63,596 nucleotides of DNA, filler included, from Basidiobolus ranarum (GCA_040143965.1; 43 parts of 43 records of this genome joined end to end with filler, not necessarily neighbours in it); one strand, 5' to 3'; counted from the first letter of the whole stretch, positions 23,957 through 37,092 are shown. Made by a program: numbers and translations. The notes: generated by a model from the sequence alone, not told the origin.

Positions 23957-24903
23957 TGATAAAAGTGTTTAGGGGATTTGGAAGTGTTTTGGACAAGATA
24001 TGGATTTGTGAATTAGACACTTGAGTTTTATTGAATTGATTATGTCCTATTTGTAGTTTATTATGAAATAGTACTATTTAATGTGCTTGAATTTTAACAA
24101 ACATGCCTGTTATGCATGGGTGAAAATTTGAGATGACGTTGAGAAGTTTTGAGAGAATATTGAGAATTGATAAAAGTGATCTAATTGATATTTAAATCAA
24201 TTAGAGCAATAAACATGCATTGTTGAATGACAGAATGAGTGCTAAATAATCAGAATATGAATAAACTAACTAATAACTAATGAGTTTCTTTTTGCCTGGT
24301 CACAATTGCTTCTTCTGTTAGTTTGTAGCCGCAGGAATGATATTCAAGCAATGAAACTTCTACTTATAAAAGGGGATTTATTCATTGAAGTTAGGGGATA
24401 GTTGGGGTGAATTCTTTATAGATATTGCCAAACTCTAACAGCTTATTCACAGTGACAATGGTAACAGGAGCTATATATTTTCCAAGTATTAGTGCCATCC
24501 TAAATTTCAGATGTTTGTCAATTTTTCCACCATCAGTTTGCTGACAAAGTATAAGATAAAAGTGTTTGGGGGATGTTGAAGTGTTTCAGACAAGATTTTG
24601 ATTTGTGAATTAGACAGTTACATTTCATTTAATTGAATAGTTCCTGTATAGAGTTTACTACAAAATAGGAGTATTGGACAGGCTTAGATCATAAGAAACA
24701 TGCCTGTTAAGCATGGGTGAAAATTGGAGGTGATTTGGAGAGGTTTTGAGAAAATTGAAAGTTGGTATATGTGATCTAACTGATATTTTTATCAATTAGA
24801 GCAAAAAACATATGGTCTTCAATGGCAGAATTGAGTGCTAAATAATCAGAATATGGTTATCCTAACTAATATATAATTGGTTGCTGTTTGCTTAATTGCA
24901 ACA
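23957..24903 (-). repeat. Two copia LTR family F copies (23957-~24295 and ~24555-24903, the latter with a PPT at 24904-24916)
   Basis: On the minus strand PPT AGTTAAGTGGGAA precedes TGTTGCAATT...CACTTTTATC. Homologous to 32931 and 63383. Confidence 0.85.
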
Positions 24904-25240
24904 TTCCCACTTAACTGATTATTTTGTATTTCTCTGACATCTAACTTTTATCTTGATAATTTAAATTGCAATTTGGCTACGGATCATTGTATCTTACTAC
25001 TCTAAATTATGGCTCCATTACCATAGAGAAAGGTGTACCCAGTGGCTGACCTTTTGTTAACAAGGTTTGTTCCTGGTCTGCATCCCCATAGCCTTCATAT
25101 TTTGTGAATCAGGAGTGCCAAAGTATTCCAGAACTAGCGCNNNNNNNNNNNNNNNNNNNNNNNNNNNNNNNNNNNNNNNNNNNNTTAATTAATTAANNNN
25201 NNNNNNNNNNNNNNNNNNNNNNNNNNNNNNNNNNNNNNNN

Positions 25241-25339
25241 GGAAATGCATATTGCTTTCCCATGTGTAGTAGGATAGTCGATTTTTCTAGTAGTGCGTTT
25301 GACACCATCAAGAATTGCGTTGGTCCGTGCTTGGCTCAT
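25241..25339 (-). CDS. N-terminus of a gene, possibly glutamine synthetase type III
   Basis: MSQARTNAILDGVKRTTRKIDYPTTHGKAICIS stays open to the contig end, with TATAAAA ~100 bp upstream. The GSIII resemblance rests on 33 aa only. Confidence 0.3.
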
Positions 25340-27247
25340 TTTATTCTATTTGAGGATTAAAATAGAAACAGTAAAGACAGAATAGGGGATTGGGGATAGG
25401 AATAATGATATAACGGTTAAGCACAGTCATCTCTTTTATATTCACCACGGTTTCTATTTCTTTTCTCTAATAAGGAAATTCTCTGTCTCAGAGATAAGAT
25501 CGATCAACATGTGACATGGACTAGTCGATGGAGTTTGGTTAATTTGCATTGAGACGATTGCGACCATTGCGACAAGAAAGGAAGAGTAATTTCACTTGAC
25601 AATTTTAGTTGCATCGTAGCTATCAATACAACAAACATTGATAGGGAATAATCGTCTGATTGATAAGCAACCTGATAGGTAACCATACTTTCTTATCTCT
25701 TTGTGACTGCTATTGTGGCACCTTGTTAATTAGCATCCCATGATCCTGGGGTGTAACCGGTGTAACCGTAACCCCGCTTTGCTCGTGAACCTTTGCTCGT
25801 GAACCTTTACTGCCTGTGACTATGGAATATTGGTTATTTGATTTTCACATTCGTCCCTCAATAAAGCCTTACAAGTTAGTGATACAGATTTCATAATCGA
25901 TTATGATTAATTGATTAATCATGAGAAAATCATGACTATGTAAATTCTAACATGCAAATAGTCACCAACGTCTTGTGATTTTGCTAAATATAGTGCAGAG
26001 AGGCTTAGCAAGTCAAGCAAGGGCTGCTGGCATGACCATAAGGTGGATGGAATTTGGCTGGGGTGTTCACATCTTATCGGGCATATAACAAAGGGGCTAC
26101 AGTCGAATCAGATGTTTCTTTTGGATAAAAGCAAATTTAATAAACAAGTTATCATAACCAAATCCAACGAGTTGTAGGCCATATAGGCAGTGTTTAAGGG
26201 TTAGTGAGTATGATAATTACTAGACAATGCCCATAACTTACTTCCCCTTAGTTAACTTACAGTTCAATACTGGATTGGTAGTGTACTTGTAGATATATAT
26301 TACGCAAAGAGCCCTATTTTACTCTTAACCAATCAGAGATACTAGTCTTAGTTGCGCAAGACAGTAGTATGAAGGAAAGGCTTACCTCTTAAATCATATA
26401 AATTCGTAACTGGTAGTTGATTCATTCACTATCTATCCTTAACTGTTTTGGTTCACCTTGACAATAAGCTGATTTTTAATCCCAGATACCTTCAAATCTG
26501 CTTAAACAACTGGTATAATGAGTAACGCGCGTGTAATAGCACTTCTGGATAACGTAAAGAGACCGACAAGGAAAATCGACTTTCCCACTACCGGAAATAG
26601 CAAAAGAGCTATTTGCATCTCGNNNNNNNNNNNNNNNNNNNNNNNNNNNNNNNNNNNNNNNNNNNNTTAATTAATTAANNNNNNNNNNNNNNNNNNNNNN
26701 NNNNNNNNNNNNNNNNNNNNNNCCATGAAACCTGACCAATCATGACATCCCACACATTGTGTATTTCTGCCATGACCTTCCATGGAATGTCACCTGATCA
26801 TCCTTACATCATCTCTCTTTGTATTGGTCCTTGTAGTCCCCAACACCCTGACTCTTGAACTTGCCACAGTATACTCCCTATTCAGTATATTATGTTTCAC
26901 CTTGCAATATCTATATAAGCCCCATGTATTCCTTGACCAGACCTCAGTCTGATCAATGCCAGTTGTCAATAAAGATTCTTGCCAAAGTATCTTCCTTGTC
27001 CAGTCTTGTCTTCTCTTGTCTTGTCTTGTGGTCTACACCCAAGTACTCTCCTGCCTTCTAGCCTCTTGTTGTTGTTCCCAGTCCTGGTCCAGATCCTTAT
27101 TGTGACAGTGGCATCCCTTCTTGACAATCTTATGCTGGTTAAACCATGTTGCCTTATATTGAAGTCATGTTCTTTAGAACATTCCATGAAACCTAACCAA
27201 TCATATCATCCCACAGATAGCATATTTGCACAAAGACCTTCTATGGA

Positions 27248-28104
27248 CCCTAAAAAAATATGATCAAATTGATCCAAATTGGATCCTCCTGCCAAAATAG
27301 CAAAACCATCAGAGAACTGTCACAATATTGGTGGCTTGCATTCTGCCGGGGATTTTGATGGTGTGATGGTGTTTTCTTAAGAGTATTTTGATGGTATTCA
27401 TACATGTTAAAGTATTAATCCTCACATTTGGCTTGTGTTATTCAATATCTGGCAATTTTTGAAACAATCTAATTTTTGAATGGCAAATTACTGGGTTTAC
27501 TGATGTAGGAATTTGAATTAATATGCATGCCTTTGTTTAGATACTTTAAGCTTTGTATTCCAGCCATAATGAAAATCAAAAAATACAAGAATCTTGTTGT
27601 GTTTAGTCTCTACATATGCACATACTTCACTGATTAGACACAATTCAACAACATCAATATACTTTACCAGCAAACTAATGGTGGGAAAACTGCTAAACAT
27701 CTAAAATTTTGAATGGCACTGACACTTGGCAAGTAGCTGACTCTTGCTACCATTCACAATGAGAATAAGCTCTGGGATTTTGACAAATTGCCATAAAGAA
27801 TTTGGCCAATATATCCCCAACTTACAGTCAACAAATGTCCTGGCACAAGTAGATGTGTCATTGCTTCAACTATTTACCCCATGGCTAAAACAATAATACT
27901 GCATATCTTGATCTATTTCACCAAGGAGTCTGACTTGGAGCTTTCCTAAAAATACCATCAGATTAGCACACAAGCAAATTAGTGCAAATCATAGAGGTAT
28001 TTACTCTGTGTTAATGGTTTGGGCTTTGTTGCTGTTATTGTGCTCAATCAATGCAAAAACCCATGAGCACATTGAAAAGAGCCCTTTGTTGGCAGGTTAA
28101 TAGA
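27248..28104 (-). mobile_element. CACTA-family right end (CCCTAA... TIR) and transposase C-terminal region. Copies at 40329-41432, 47451-47684 and 62325-63382.
   Basis: High similarity among the copies; the terminus CCCTAAC(A)AAA interrupts LTR-B or copia sequence. Confidence 0.85.
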
Positions 28105-28646
28105 NNNNNNNNNNNNNNNNNNNNNNNNNNNNNNNNNNNNNNNNNNNNTTAATTAATTAANNNNNNNNNNNNNNNNNNNNNNNNNNNNNNNNNNNNNNNN
28201 NNNNAGAATTAAGATTTAAGTTAGGATTAAGATATATGAATATTTAGTTGAGTGGGAGTGTTGAAGTTTATTGTCTTTATCATATTTATTATCTCTATCT
28301 TTATACACCTAACTAATTCATATATCACATATAAGTTAGTTAACATTACTTAGTCAAATATCACTTAGCTGAAAATTGGAACATATATTATATACATATA
28401 TGAATAATGTGAGAATTAGCAATTCCATATTGGAAATCTCAAACTTGTCCAAATTGCCCCAAAAATAGCTCATTTTACTCCCACAGATGTTCTGAACACA
28501 ACCCCAGTGTTAGTTTTCTGTATTTCCATTAAAAAGTATAAATGCTTTATTTCTGGACAATAAACAATTATCTCACAAAGCTATTCACAACTCCACTTTT
28601 CTAAAGTTCCTCCAAATAGCCCATATTTTCCCAATAATCCTATAAT

Positions 28647-29097
28647 TGTTGAGACACATACTAAACCAAAAGGTTCAGCTAGCATTATTTGTACTTTTTA
28701 ATAGCAAAGTGCATTAGTCAGTGCCAAGATGTTAGATGAGCAATTCTGATAAAAGAAAATGTGATTAGATTGATTGATAGATAGATAGGTGATTCATGCA
28801 TTAGCTGAAGTCTTGGCAGTGAAAAATCATTGGTTATGACTCAGTTGACTCATATTGACTTGTGCCCAGAAAGATGACTCAGTGGTTAATACTGACTGGA
28901 TGATGATCATGTGATTGGTCATTTGATCTGATAGAAGGGTTAAGAGAAGCAATAGTTAGTCATATGATAGGTTACATGATAAAGTCACTGGATAAGGTCA
29001 GGTGACTAGTTAGCAATGATCATACACTAAATAGATATTCATGCAACTTGTATAGAAATGTAATAAGTTAAACAACTTTTTATGTTTGTGCATAACA
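28647..29097 (-). repeat. LTR family E (~450 bp); copy at 55644-56094 (TGTTG...CAACA)
   Basis: The two copies share both boundaries and the downstream AWTATAGGAT leader. Confidence 0.75.
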
Positions 29098-29586
29098 CCA
29101 ACAAAACCTATGGTTCATAAGCTCCCACGCAAATACTTAGCCTTTGCAGATGTCTTTGACAAGAAGAAATCTGATATACTCCCAGCTCACTGCCCATATG
29201 ATTGCCCTATAGATCTACAAGAAGGAAACAACCACCTTTTGGGCTTATCTATGGGCTGACCCAGCCAAAACACAACATTCTGAAATAGTACATTGGAGAA
29301 AATCTGGAGAAAGGATTTATCCATCATTCAAAGTCTCCAGCAGGCTCTCCAATCCATCAGGCATCTCCATGTACCCAAAAAAGGTTGAATCTGCTCTGTC
29401 TTGGGATACTCCCAAGTATGCAAAGCCTGTCCAATCTTTCCTTGGCTTTGCAAACTTCTACCAATGGCTTGTCAAGAACTACTCCAAAATATCTGCTCCA
29501 TTAACAAACCTTACAAAGAAAGAACTCCCATTTGACTGGAACCCATCTTGCCAACAAGCATTTAAAACTTTAAAGAATGCTTTTAC
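29098..29586 (+). mobile_element. Ty3/gypsy pol fragment with the RT core deleted
   Basis: FADVFDKKKSDILPAHCPYDCPIDL..SKSPAGSP jumps to SGISM..VQSFLGFANFY. Confidence 0.9.
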
Positions 29587-29686
29587 NNNNNNNNNNNNNN
29601 NNNNNNNNNNNNNNNNNNNNNNNNNNNNNNTTAATTAATTAANNNNNNNNNNNNNNNNNNNNNNNNNNNNNNNNNNNNNNNNNNNN

Positions 29687-31068
29687 TATATCTTGCCATT
29701 TCTATTATAGTCCTGTTAGCTCTTTCAGCAACTCCATTTTGTTGAGATCAATAGGGGGCAGTAGTTTCTTGCTTAATTCCTTGAACTCTGCAAAAGTGCT
29801 TTAATAATGTTGAAGCATATTCTCCACCATTATCAGTACATATTTTCTTGATTTTAGTTCCAGTTTCAGTCTCCACAAGTGTTTTGAAATCTGCAATGAT
29901 AGAAAGAGCTTCTTCTTTTCTTTCCACAAAGTAGACACAAGTGTATCTTGTATAATCATCAATAAATGTGATTAAATTTTTTTCCCAGCTGAAGATAAAT
30001 TTTACATATGTCCACACAAATCTGAATGAGTTAAATCCAATTTCTCAACAGATTTGATTAAGCCAAAGCTCTTGAACAGTTGCCTGGCTTGTTTTCCATA
30101 TATGTAACACTCACAAATATTGGGAAAATATGGGCTGTTTGGAGAAACTTTAGAAAAGAGGAGTTGTAAATCGCTATGTAATATAATTGTTTATTGTCCA
30201 GAAATAAAGCATTTATACATTTTGATGGAAATACAGAAAACTAACACTGGGGCTGTGTTCAAAACATCTGTGGGAGTAAAATGAGTTATCTTTGGGGAAA
30301 TTTGGACAAGGTTGAAATTTCCAATATGGAATTGCTAATTCTCTCATTATTCACATATATATATAATATATGTTCTGATTTTCAGCTAAGTGATATTTGA
30401 CTAAGTAATGTGAACAAACTTATATGTGATATGTGAAATAGTTAGTGTATAAAGATAGAGATAACAAATATGATAAAGACAATAAATTTTGACATTCTCA
30501 CTCAACTAAATATTCATAGATCTTAATCCTGACTTAAATCTTAATTCTTCAAATTTTGGCTTGGGTAATGGTGTGGTAAGAATATCTGCAATCATGTCCT
30601 CAGTTGGGCAGGACTGTAGTTGGACATGCTTATTGACAATAGCTTCCCTAACAAAGTGATGTTGATAAACAATGTGCTTACTCCTAGCATGAAATTTGGG
30701 ATATTTAGCTAAAGAATTACAACTTTGATTATCCTTAAAAATACAGGTGGGTAAACTTTAAAAAATGACCAAGTCTTTGACCAGTTTCTTTAACCGCATA
30801 GCCTCCTTTGTTGGATGTGATGCTGCCATATACTCTGCTTCAGTTGTTGAAAGTGCTATGGTGGGTTGTTTCTAGCTATTCCAAGATATGGCTGCTTCAC
30901 TAAAGAGCCAGGTATATACAGTGATAGATCTTCTGTCCTCAATATCACATCCCCGATCTGCATCACTAAACCCAATTAGATCCTTATTCTCATACAAATA
31001 TGTGTATCTTAATCCCAGGTCACTTGTCCCCTTCAAATAGCTGAAAAATTGCTTAACTGCTGCATAAT
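29687..31068 (-). mobile_element. Copia RNase H plus PPT and 3' LTR-A (30118-31068) nested into another copia integrase (29687-30117)
   Basis: SDADRG, STTEAEY and ADILTTPL, then the LTR; TFIDD, TDNGGEY and QQNGVAERANRT. Confidence 0.9.
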
Positions 31069-31168
31069 NNNNNNNNNNNNNNNNNNNNNNNNNNNNNNNN
31101 NNNNNNNNNNNNTTAATTAATTAANNNNNNNNNNNNNNNNNNNNNNNNNNNNNNNNNNNNNNNNNNNN

Positions 31169-31259
31169 TAGCATAGCAGACATTGCTTAGGAGTAAAAGA
31201 GTAGCCAAGACAGTAGACCAGCTAGAGAAGGACTTGACGTTGAAGTAGGTTGTATTCAT
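31169..31259 (-). CDS. N-terminus (signal peptide) of a secreted protein
   Basis: MNTTYFNVKSFSSWSTVLATLLLLSNVCYA, open to the contig end. Confidence 0.55.
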
Positions 31260-32375
31260 GGTTAATTGTAAGTAGTACCAGGTTATACGAGAGTCGGATA
31301 TCTAGAGGTTTAAGTAATTCTAGAGTACTGTTTACTTGCAGACTTTACCAGAAAGTCAAAACTAAAGAGAAAGGTGACAGTAAAGTTCCATGCACTCGGC
31401 CTTAAATATGTTTTTAAGGAGACTCTTTGTAATCTTTGAAAGGATTGTACTCAAATAAGGGAATTGATATTATTGTCATAATTGTAGTTAATTTCACAAT
31501 AGTCAAGGGAACTCGTACCAAAACCAAATTACTGTTGTTCGAAAAGAAGAGCTTGTATATCTAATGGTTTCACGATTTTAATTTTTCAATATTAGTAAGA
31601 AACCTGCTTTTGGTACGCTTTCTACCTTTCTAAGTGAATAATGAATTCTCTGATTGTGGCATTTGTTCAGATTTGGGACAACAAACTGGATAGATGCAAG
31701 AGAGAACCGGAAATCATCATGTGGGATTCCTTGTGTCATCATTTGTTTGTACTACATGCAGCCTTAATTTTCCATAGTACCAAATCAGGGATATTTATCG
31801 AGAGCTCTTGATTGGGTACGTTCCATATCCATTAATGTTGAATATATATAATGGCTTGTGGTGGTTGGTTATTTTAGTGTGCTGGACGTATCGTTTACGC
31901 TTTAACCCTGATTTGATAAAGAAATGCAATACAATATTCGTCGTTCATACGTGGATGAAAGGTCCACAAATAAATATGCTCATACTCTTGTAGTTTACAT
32001 GCCACAAGTATCAAACAAGGTATTGCTCCCCAATTATGGAGGCTATATGTAACGGGTCATGTATAGATAAATGATGAAGGGGCGAGTTTCACATATTTTT
32101 GATAGATAAATATCCGAGTATGCACGATCTTGATAACTGCGAAAATGTATGATTACTAAAATTATTGAATAACTGGCATTTATTGCATTATTTTATAACA
32201 AAACCAAAGCTCTGGGATGGTGTTTCTAGTTGGAGTGCGCAGGATTCCTGATTACAGTTTTCGATTGATAAGAGAATCTTTTTATTTTATCATAAGATTT
32301 TTGTACCCATTTATTATAAGAGCTTATGTTGCATGTTCAACCTTTTCCGTCTCATAAATAAAGGTGTGAAAGTAA

Positions 32376-32549
32376 CTACACCATTGAGGGGGACAATGAA
32401 ACACCCTTGAAATAGGTGTATGTGTTGACTGGCGTTCTATATGATGGGTCTGCACCACCAAAAAAAGTGTGAAATAGTATACCAGAAACCCGAGCATCTG
32501 CTTTGGTTCTGAATACCATCTGACTGTAGTCAACGACCAACTGGCCATC
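32376..32549 (-). CDS. Polysaccharide lyase family 14 (alginate lyase-like), C-terminus
   Basis: DGQLVVDYSQMVFRT..SGILFHTFFGGADPSYRTPVNTYTYFKGVSL matches the PL14 G..F.TFFGG.D.S..TP motif. This is a different frame from the listed ORF. Confidence 0.85.
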   Translation of the reverse strand, partial: DGQLVVDYSQMVFRTKADARVSGILFHTFFGGADPSYRTPVNTYTYFKGVSLSPSMV

Positions 32550-32649
32550 NNNNNNNNNNNNNNNNNNNNNNNNNNNNNNNNNNNNNNNNNNNNTTAATTA
32601 ATTAANNNNNNNNNNNNNNNNNNNNNNNNNNNNNNNNNNNNNNNNNNNN

Positions 32650-34030
32650 CTGCTTATATGTGCCTTATTTGTGAGTCTCTGAGATGTAGACATAGTGTAG
32701 AGAGTGCTTTCCTCTGCTTCTTTTGCAAGTCAAGGATAGCTTCTGGTGGTCCCTTTGGCTCTATTTCTTCTCTGGTAACACATCCCCAAAGGTCCTTGTT
32801 TTCTAGCACCATTTGCATGTTGAACTTCCAAAGGTGAAAGTCTTCACCATCAAACTTCTCTGTGGATGCAAAAATGTTGGTAATAGTACTGGTTGACATT
32901 TCTTTAATAACTAGCTTGGGGCTCATAAAATGATAAAAGTGTTTAGGGGATTTGGAAGTGTTTTAGACAAGATTTGAATTTGTGAATTTGACACTCAAGT
33001 TTTATTGAATTGAATATGTCCTACTTATAGTTTACTATGTAATAGGACTATTGAACATGCTTAGATCATAAAAAATATGCCTGTTAAGCGTAGGTGAAAA
33101 TTTGAGGTGATTTGGAGTTGTTTTGAGAACATAGTGAAAAGTGGTATAAGTGGAAAATCCTGCTTCAATAACTTTGCTGGTGTTTGCTCTAAACATGTAA
33201 TTAAGCAACAAACTATTATACTTTGTACTTGGCAGCAAAATGAAGTAGCACAAAATGTTATTTAAACCATAGTGGAGATGGCAGGATCAACAATACTTTT
33301 TGGAATTTATATTACTAATACTAGGCTGAATATGTCGGATATTTCTTTGTTACTGACATAGGTCTAAGGCTTACAGACTATTGAATATCAAAAAACAGAA
33401 GTTAATTGAGTGTGGGGATGTAGATTTTTGATGAAAGGTCAAATTCCTCACTGCAAATCACAATGTTTAAATTGGAAAGCAAAATCAGCACTATTCAGGA
33501 AGTGTTTGATAAAACTACAGTAGTATCTGAACCCAGGTAAACCAAATTTATAGCACCAATTAGATAACAGGATGATTCAGGACTTATAAGGTCATCCACA
33601 AGGAGAAATGAGCCAGGGAACTGGTGGTACACGTCTAATGATGATGTATACATTTATGCAGCATTCTGTCACAAGCCACAGCCATTGTATCAAGCTCCAG
33701 AGTGTCCAGAATCAAAAGTATGGAAAAAAGCAATGTCTCCTGTGTTTTCTATACTTCAGGACAATAAAAGTGGTTTCTAAGGCCTCTATCTTCAAGACAA
33801 AGTCAACAGGTAGCAAATGGATTTATAAGGTCAAAAACTGAGCAGATGGATCTATGAAAGAACACAGACCAATATTGTTGCTAAAGGTTATTCCCAAACT
33901 CCAGGAGTTGACTTGGAATAAACATTTGCCCCAGTAGCTGAGTGTAGCTTTATTGGAGCAAATCTGGAACTCTCAGCCTTCTAAAACCTTGATTCATGTT
34001 GAATGCATGTAGAAATAGTGTTTCTGAATG
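32650..34030. mobile_element. Copia 5' end (gag 32650-32898, PBS, LTR-F 32931-~33150, minus) and copia integrase-RT debris (plus)
   Basis: EKFDGEDFHLWKFNMQMVLE; SKAYRLLN; SKWIYKVK and VAKGYSQTPG. Confidence 0.88.
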
Positions 34031-34130
34031 NNNNNNNNNNNNNNNNNNNNNNNNNNNNNNNNNNNNNNNNNNNNTTAATTAATTAANNNNNNNNNNNNNN
34101 NNNNNNNNNNNNNNNNNNNNNNNNNNNNNN

Positions 34131-34711
34131 TTGAGCAATGCCACAACCACTGGATTGAGTCAAATGGTACACAGCAAACAAGTTACTGGTCATATCGACA
34201 CTTCAGCTTCATTGAAGTGTTTGAAAGAGACTGAACGAGGTCTTGTATCTAAACTCTTTAAATTTCGAAACATTCCAGTCCCTTATAAGAATGCTGGTAC
34301 GTGTTTTAGTACTTTGGTTATTTGATATTCTTGTCGGCTTCTATGATTCTAAAACCTTATTCTTTAGATGGTATCACTGTTTACCCACCGGATTATATGC
34401 ATGGCTCTTATCATTGGGTCTTTGAAAGGGCTATCTCCATCTCTTTACTTCCTTTACTCACTTACCCCTGCATATTTGGTTCTCATCCTATAGTTGATTT
34501 TACTCTGGGTTTCGTAATTCCTATTCATTGCCATATTGGCTTTGGAGCATGTATTGAGGACTACGTTCCCGCACGTAAATTCCCAAGAGCTAACCGCGCC
34601 TCTGTAATAGGATTACGTTTGGCTACAGTAGGAGTCATGTATGGTTGTTACGAACTTAATACATGTGATATTGGCATCACTGAAACAGTCATGAAACTTT
34701 GGACCGCTTAG
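34131..34711 (+). CDS. SDH4: Succinate dehydrogenase cytochrome b small subunit (CybS), partial; intron 34297-34367
   Basis: HGSYHWVFERAIS..LLPL..DFTLG..PIHCHIGFGACIEDYVP. Confidence 0.92.
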
Positions 34712-34941
34712 ATTATTAGCAATCCTATGTGGGGGTTGTTTTCTGTCGCTGAATTTCAAGAGAGGGTTTAATATGGATAGTCATTTTTCCTTCATTAAAA
34801 ACATATAGATTACTAGGAAAAGTTAACTTGTGTGGTTTTTTATTTTTTATGCAATTAAAATCATATTTTATTGAAGTTGAATTTGCTTTTCCTCTTTTTT
34901 CTTTCCTTTTACTATGGTATATATGTCTGTGCAGAAATCCA

Positions 34942-35511
34942 TCATTTTCGTTGGAAAAAATGGGTGATCTTTTGGGTCTTTTTCTTGGGGCTACTTTTGT
35001 CGGCTTCTTGCTTCATGTTCGATAAGTCTCGCTTAGATTGTTTCGTAAGGACATCTGGCTCAGTCTTCATAGTTTGTAATTTATCTTGATCAGGCTTGAA
35101 CGTGGAATCTTCTTTAACAGCTTGCTTGAATTCCGGTTGAGAATTTTCTTCTTTCATTTGAACAGAGTTTTCCACCGGATCATTTAGTTTTTTAATAAAA
35201 TTTTGAATGTTCATCTTGCTTTCTTCCAGTTTTTCAATGCATCTTTTGGAATCGTTAGATACTTTGTTAACCTCCGATGAAACTTTGTACCTATTGAATC
35301 GTTGATGAGCGTTTAAATCATGTATCTATTCAATTTAAGATGTTACCATGTAAGATCCTCTTCGTATGGTTTTAGTAAATCTTCGTAGTTTTGTCCCCAT
35401 TTAGTTTCCGAATTTAACCAAAGCTGAGCTTCTGTGGATGTGAGAGAAGGGAAAATCACTGGCATTCGGTGATGTAAGAAAGACATAGGCTTTGAAGCAT
35501 CTGTAGTAACG
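34942..35511 (-). CDS. HMCES: SRAP/HMCES abasic-site protection protein, 3' part; intron 35346-35291
   Basis: VTTDASKPMSFLHHRMPVIF..LWL..LLKPY..LTWYKVSSEVNKVSNDSKRCI. The spliced frame runs into the 34942-35214 ORF. Confidence 0.88.
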
Positions 35512-35919
35512 NNNNNNNNNNNNNNNNNNNNNNNNNNNNNNNNNNNNNNNNNNNNTTAATTAATTAANNNNNNNNNNNNNNNNNNNNNNNNNNNNNNNNN
35601 NNNNNNNNNNNATGGTAGTGCTTTAGTTCCTTTATTCTCAAGAGAATACAAAGACTTATAAAATATAGAAGTAAATTGATTGTTTGAGATATACTGCAGT
35701 TTGTGCAATAAGATATAATAGATAAGTGGGGGTAATAAGACATACTTGTTATATAGATATAGAGATATTTCTAATTATAATATAGGGGCTATAAATATGT
35801 TGCTTTCTGTCTATGATATATGTATCTTAACTAAAGTCAACTAGGATGTTGAATGAAGATTAACTATGCAACATATCTCAAACAGTTGATTTACTTCTCT
35901 GCTATATAAGTGACCTTAC

Positions 35920-36267
35920 TGTTAAAATATTGGGGAGGCTGTTAGAAGTGGTTCAGAGAACTAAAGAAATTGATGGTTTTCACTTATTGATTTATTGAGC
36001 TGAAAGTTGACATTTATAGTTTTGTCAAGATGTGAGTGATCTACATATTTGAATGTGTTAAGCAAGGTCCTAGGAGTATGTGTGCAAAGTTTGGGGCTTC
36101 TAGCACAAGTTTGAAAAATCCTTATATCTGAGAACTTCTAAGTTGAGCAAAATATTCCAAGTAAATTCCTCATGAGAATAATGGGTAATATCATAGTTCA
36201 GAATAAGATAACTAAGTACTAGGCTATATATGACTACATAGGTGTTTAAGCAAAGCTAATTTCAACA
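35920..36267. repeat. Solo LTR family D with a 5-bp TSD (CTTAC), nested in LTR-C (35874-36358). Other LTR-D copies at 38735-38994, 57795-58034 and 11900-12002.
   Basis: TGTTAAA...TTTCAACA is flanked by CTTAC on both sides, and the flanks rejoin as LTR-C. A reversed LTR-C lies at 35612-35873. Confidence 0.88.
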
Positions 36268-36757
36268 CTTACTCTCTTATGAATAAAGCAACTAAAACAG
36301 TGTCATAAGTTGCCTCTAGTATACAAAGTCTACCCCCATTATGACCAGATCCTCCAATAAACACAGAAAAAAATAGTTTTCTTGATAAACCGTATTATAC
36401 TCATCTACCATCAATGGTGAGAATAATGAAATTACAAACACTTTACTATTTTTGCTTGTATGTTTATATTTAGATGATGGTCCGATGTGTGTTTAGATTT
36501 GATATTTAATGATCATTGTAAAGGAGGGTAATTCCGGAAAATCGGAAGTCAAGAAGTGCCAAAATTGAATATTTCCAGTATGAATTATGTATAGTAGTGT
36601 AAATAGAAATTCAAAATAATACTCAAATCAGATCAGATAAAATTTAGAATAGAGTAATGATGGTACAAGAAGCCAAGACAAATGAGGTTATGGTGTAATA
36701 AAATAGGCAACTATGAGGAAAAATTTAAGGTAAGTTTGATACCAGCATCTCGGATGA

Positions 36758-36991
36758 TTATTCGGGTTTATGGTGAGGAATTCGGCGTGATATGAACTCT
36801 TGAGGATTTGTCTGCCACCAAGTAGAAGACTTAGAGTCGGGCTTATCGCTTAAGGAAGTGGTTGGCAAAATGCCATCCAATTTAACCTTGGTTCCCGAGG
36901 TTTCTAGGCCTTTTTGGGTTTTAGATTTGTCGTAAAGATAAAGCCCATAGAAGGTCAAAGCGAATCCTATTATCTGAATAAAACCAACAGG
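36758..36991 (-). CDS. Triose-phosphate/nucleotide-sugar transporter family (SLC35E/Sly41-like), C-terminus
   Basis: IQIIGFALTFYGLYLYDK last transmembrane helix followed by a hydrophilic tail. Confidence 0.6.
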   Translation of the reverse strand, partial: PVGFIQIIGFALTFYGLYLYDKSKTQKGLETSGTKVKLDGILPTTSLSDKPDSKSSTWWQTNPQEFISRRIPHHKPE

Positions 36992-37092
36992 TNNNNNNNN
37001 NNNNNNNNNNNNNNNNNNNNNNNNNNNNNNNNNNNNTTAATTAATTAANNNNNNNNNNNNNNNNNNNNNNNNNNNNNNNNNNNNNNNNNNNN

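Noticed and set aside
25750..25810. Short direct repeats GTGTAACCG and CTTTGCTCGTGAAC; also a 12-mer x3 at ~50822
   Set aside because: Two to three copies only, consistent with slippage duplications.
32324..32548. Listed 74-aa ORF
   Set aside because: Wrong frame; the overlapping frame gives the PL14 motif.
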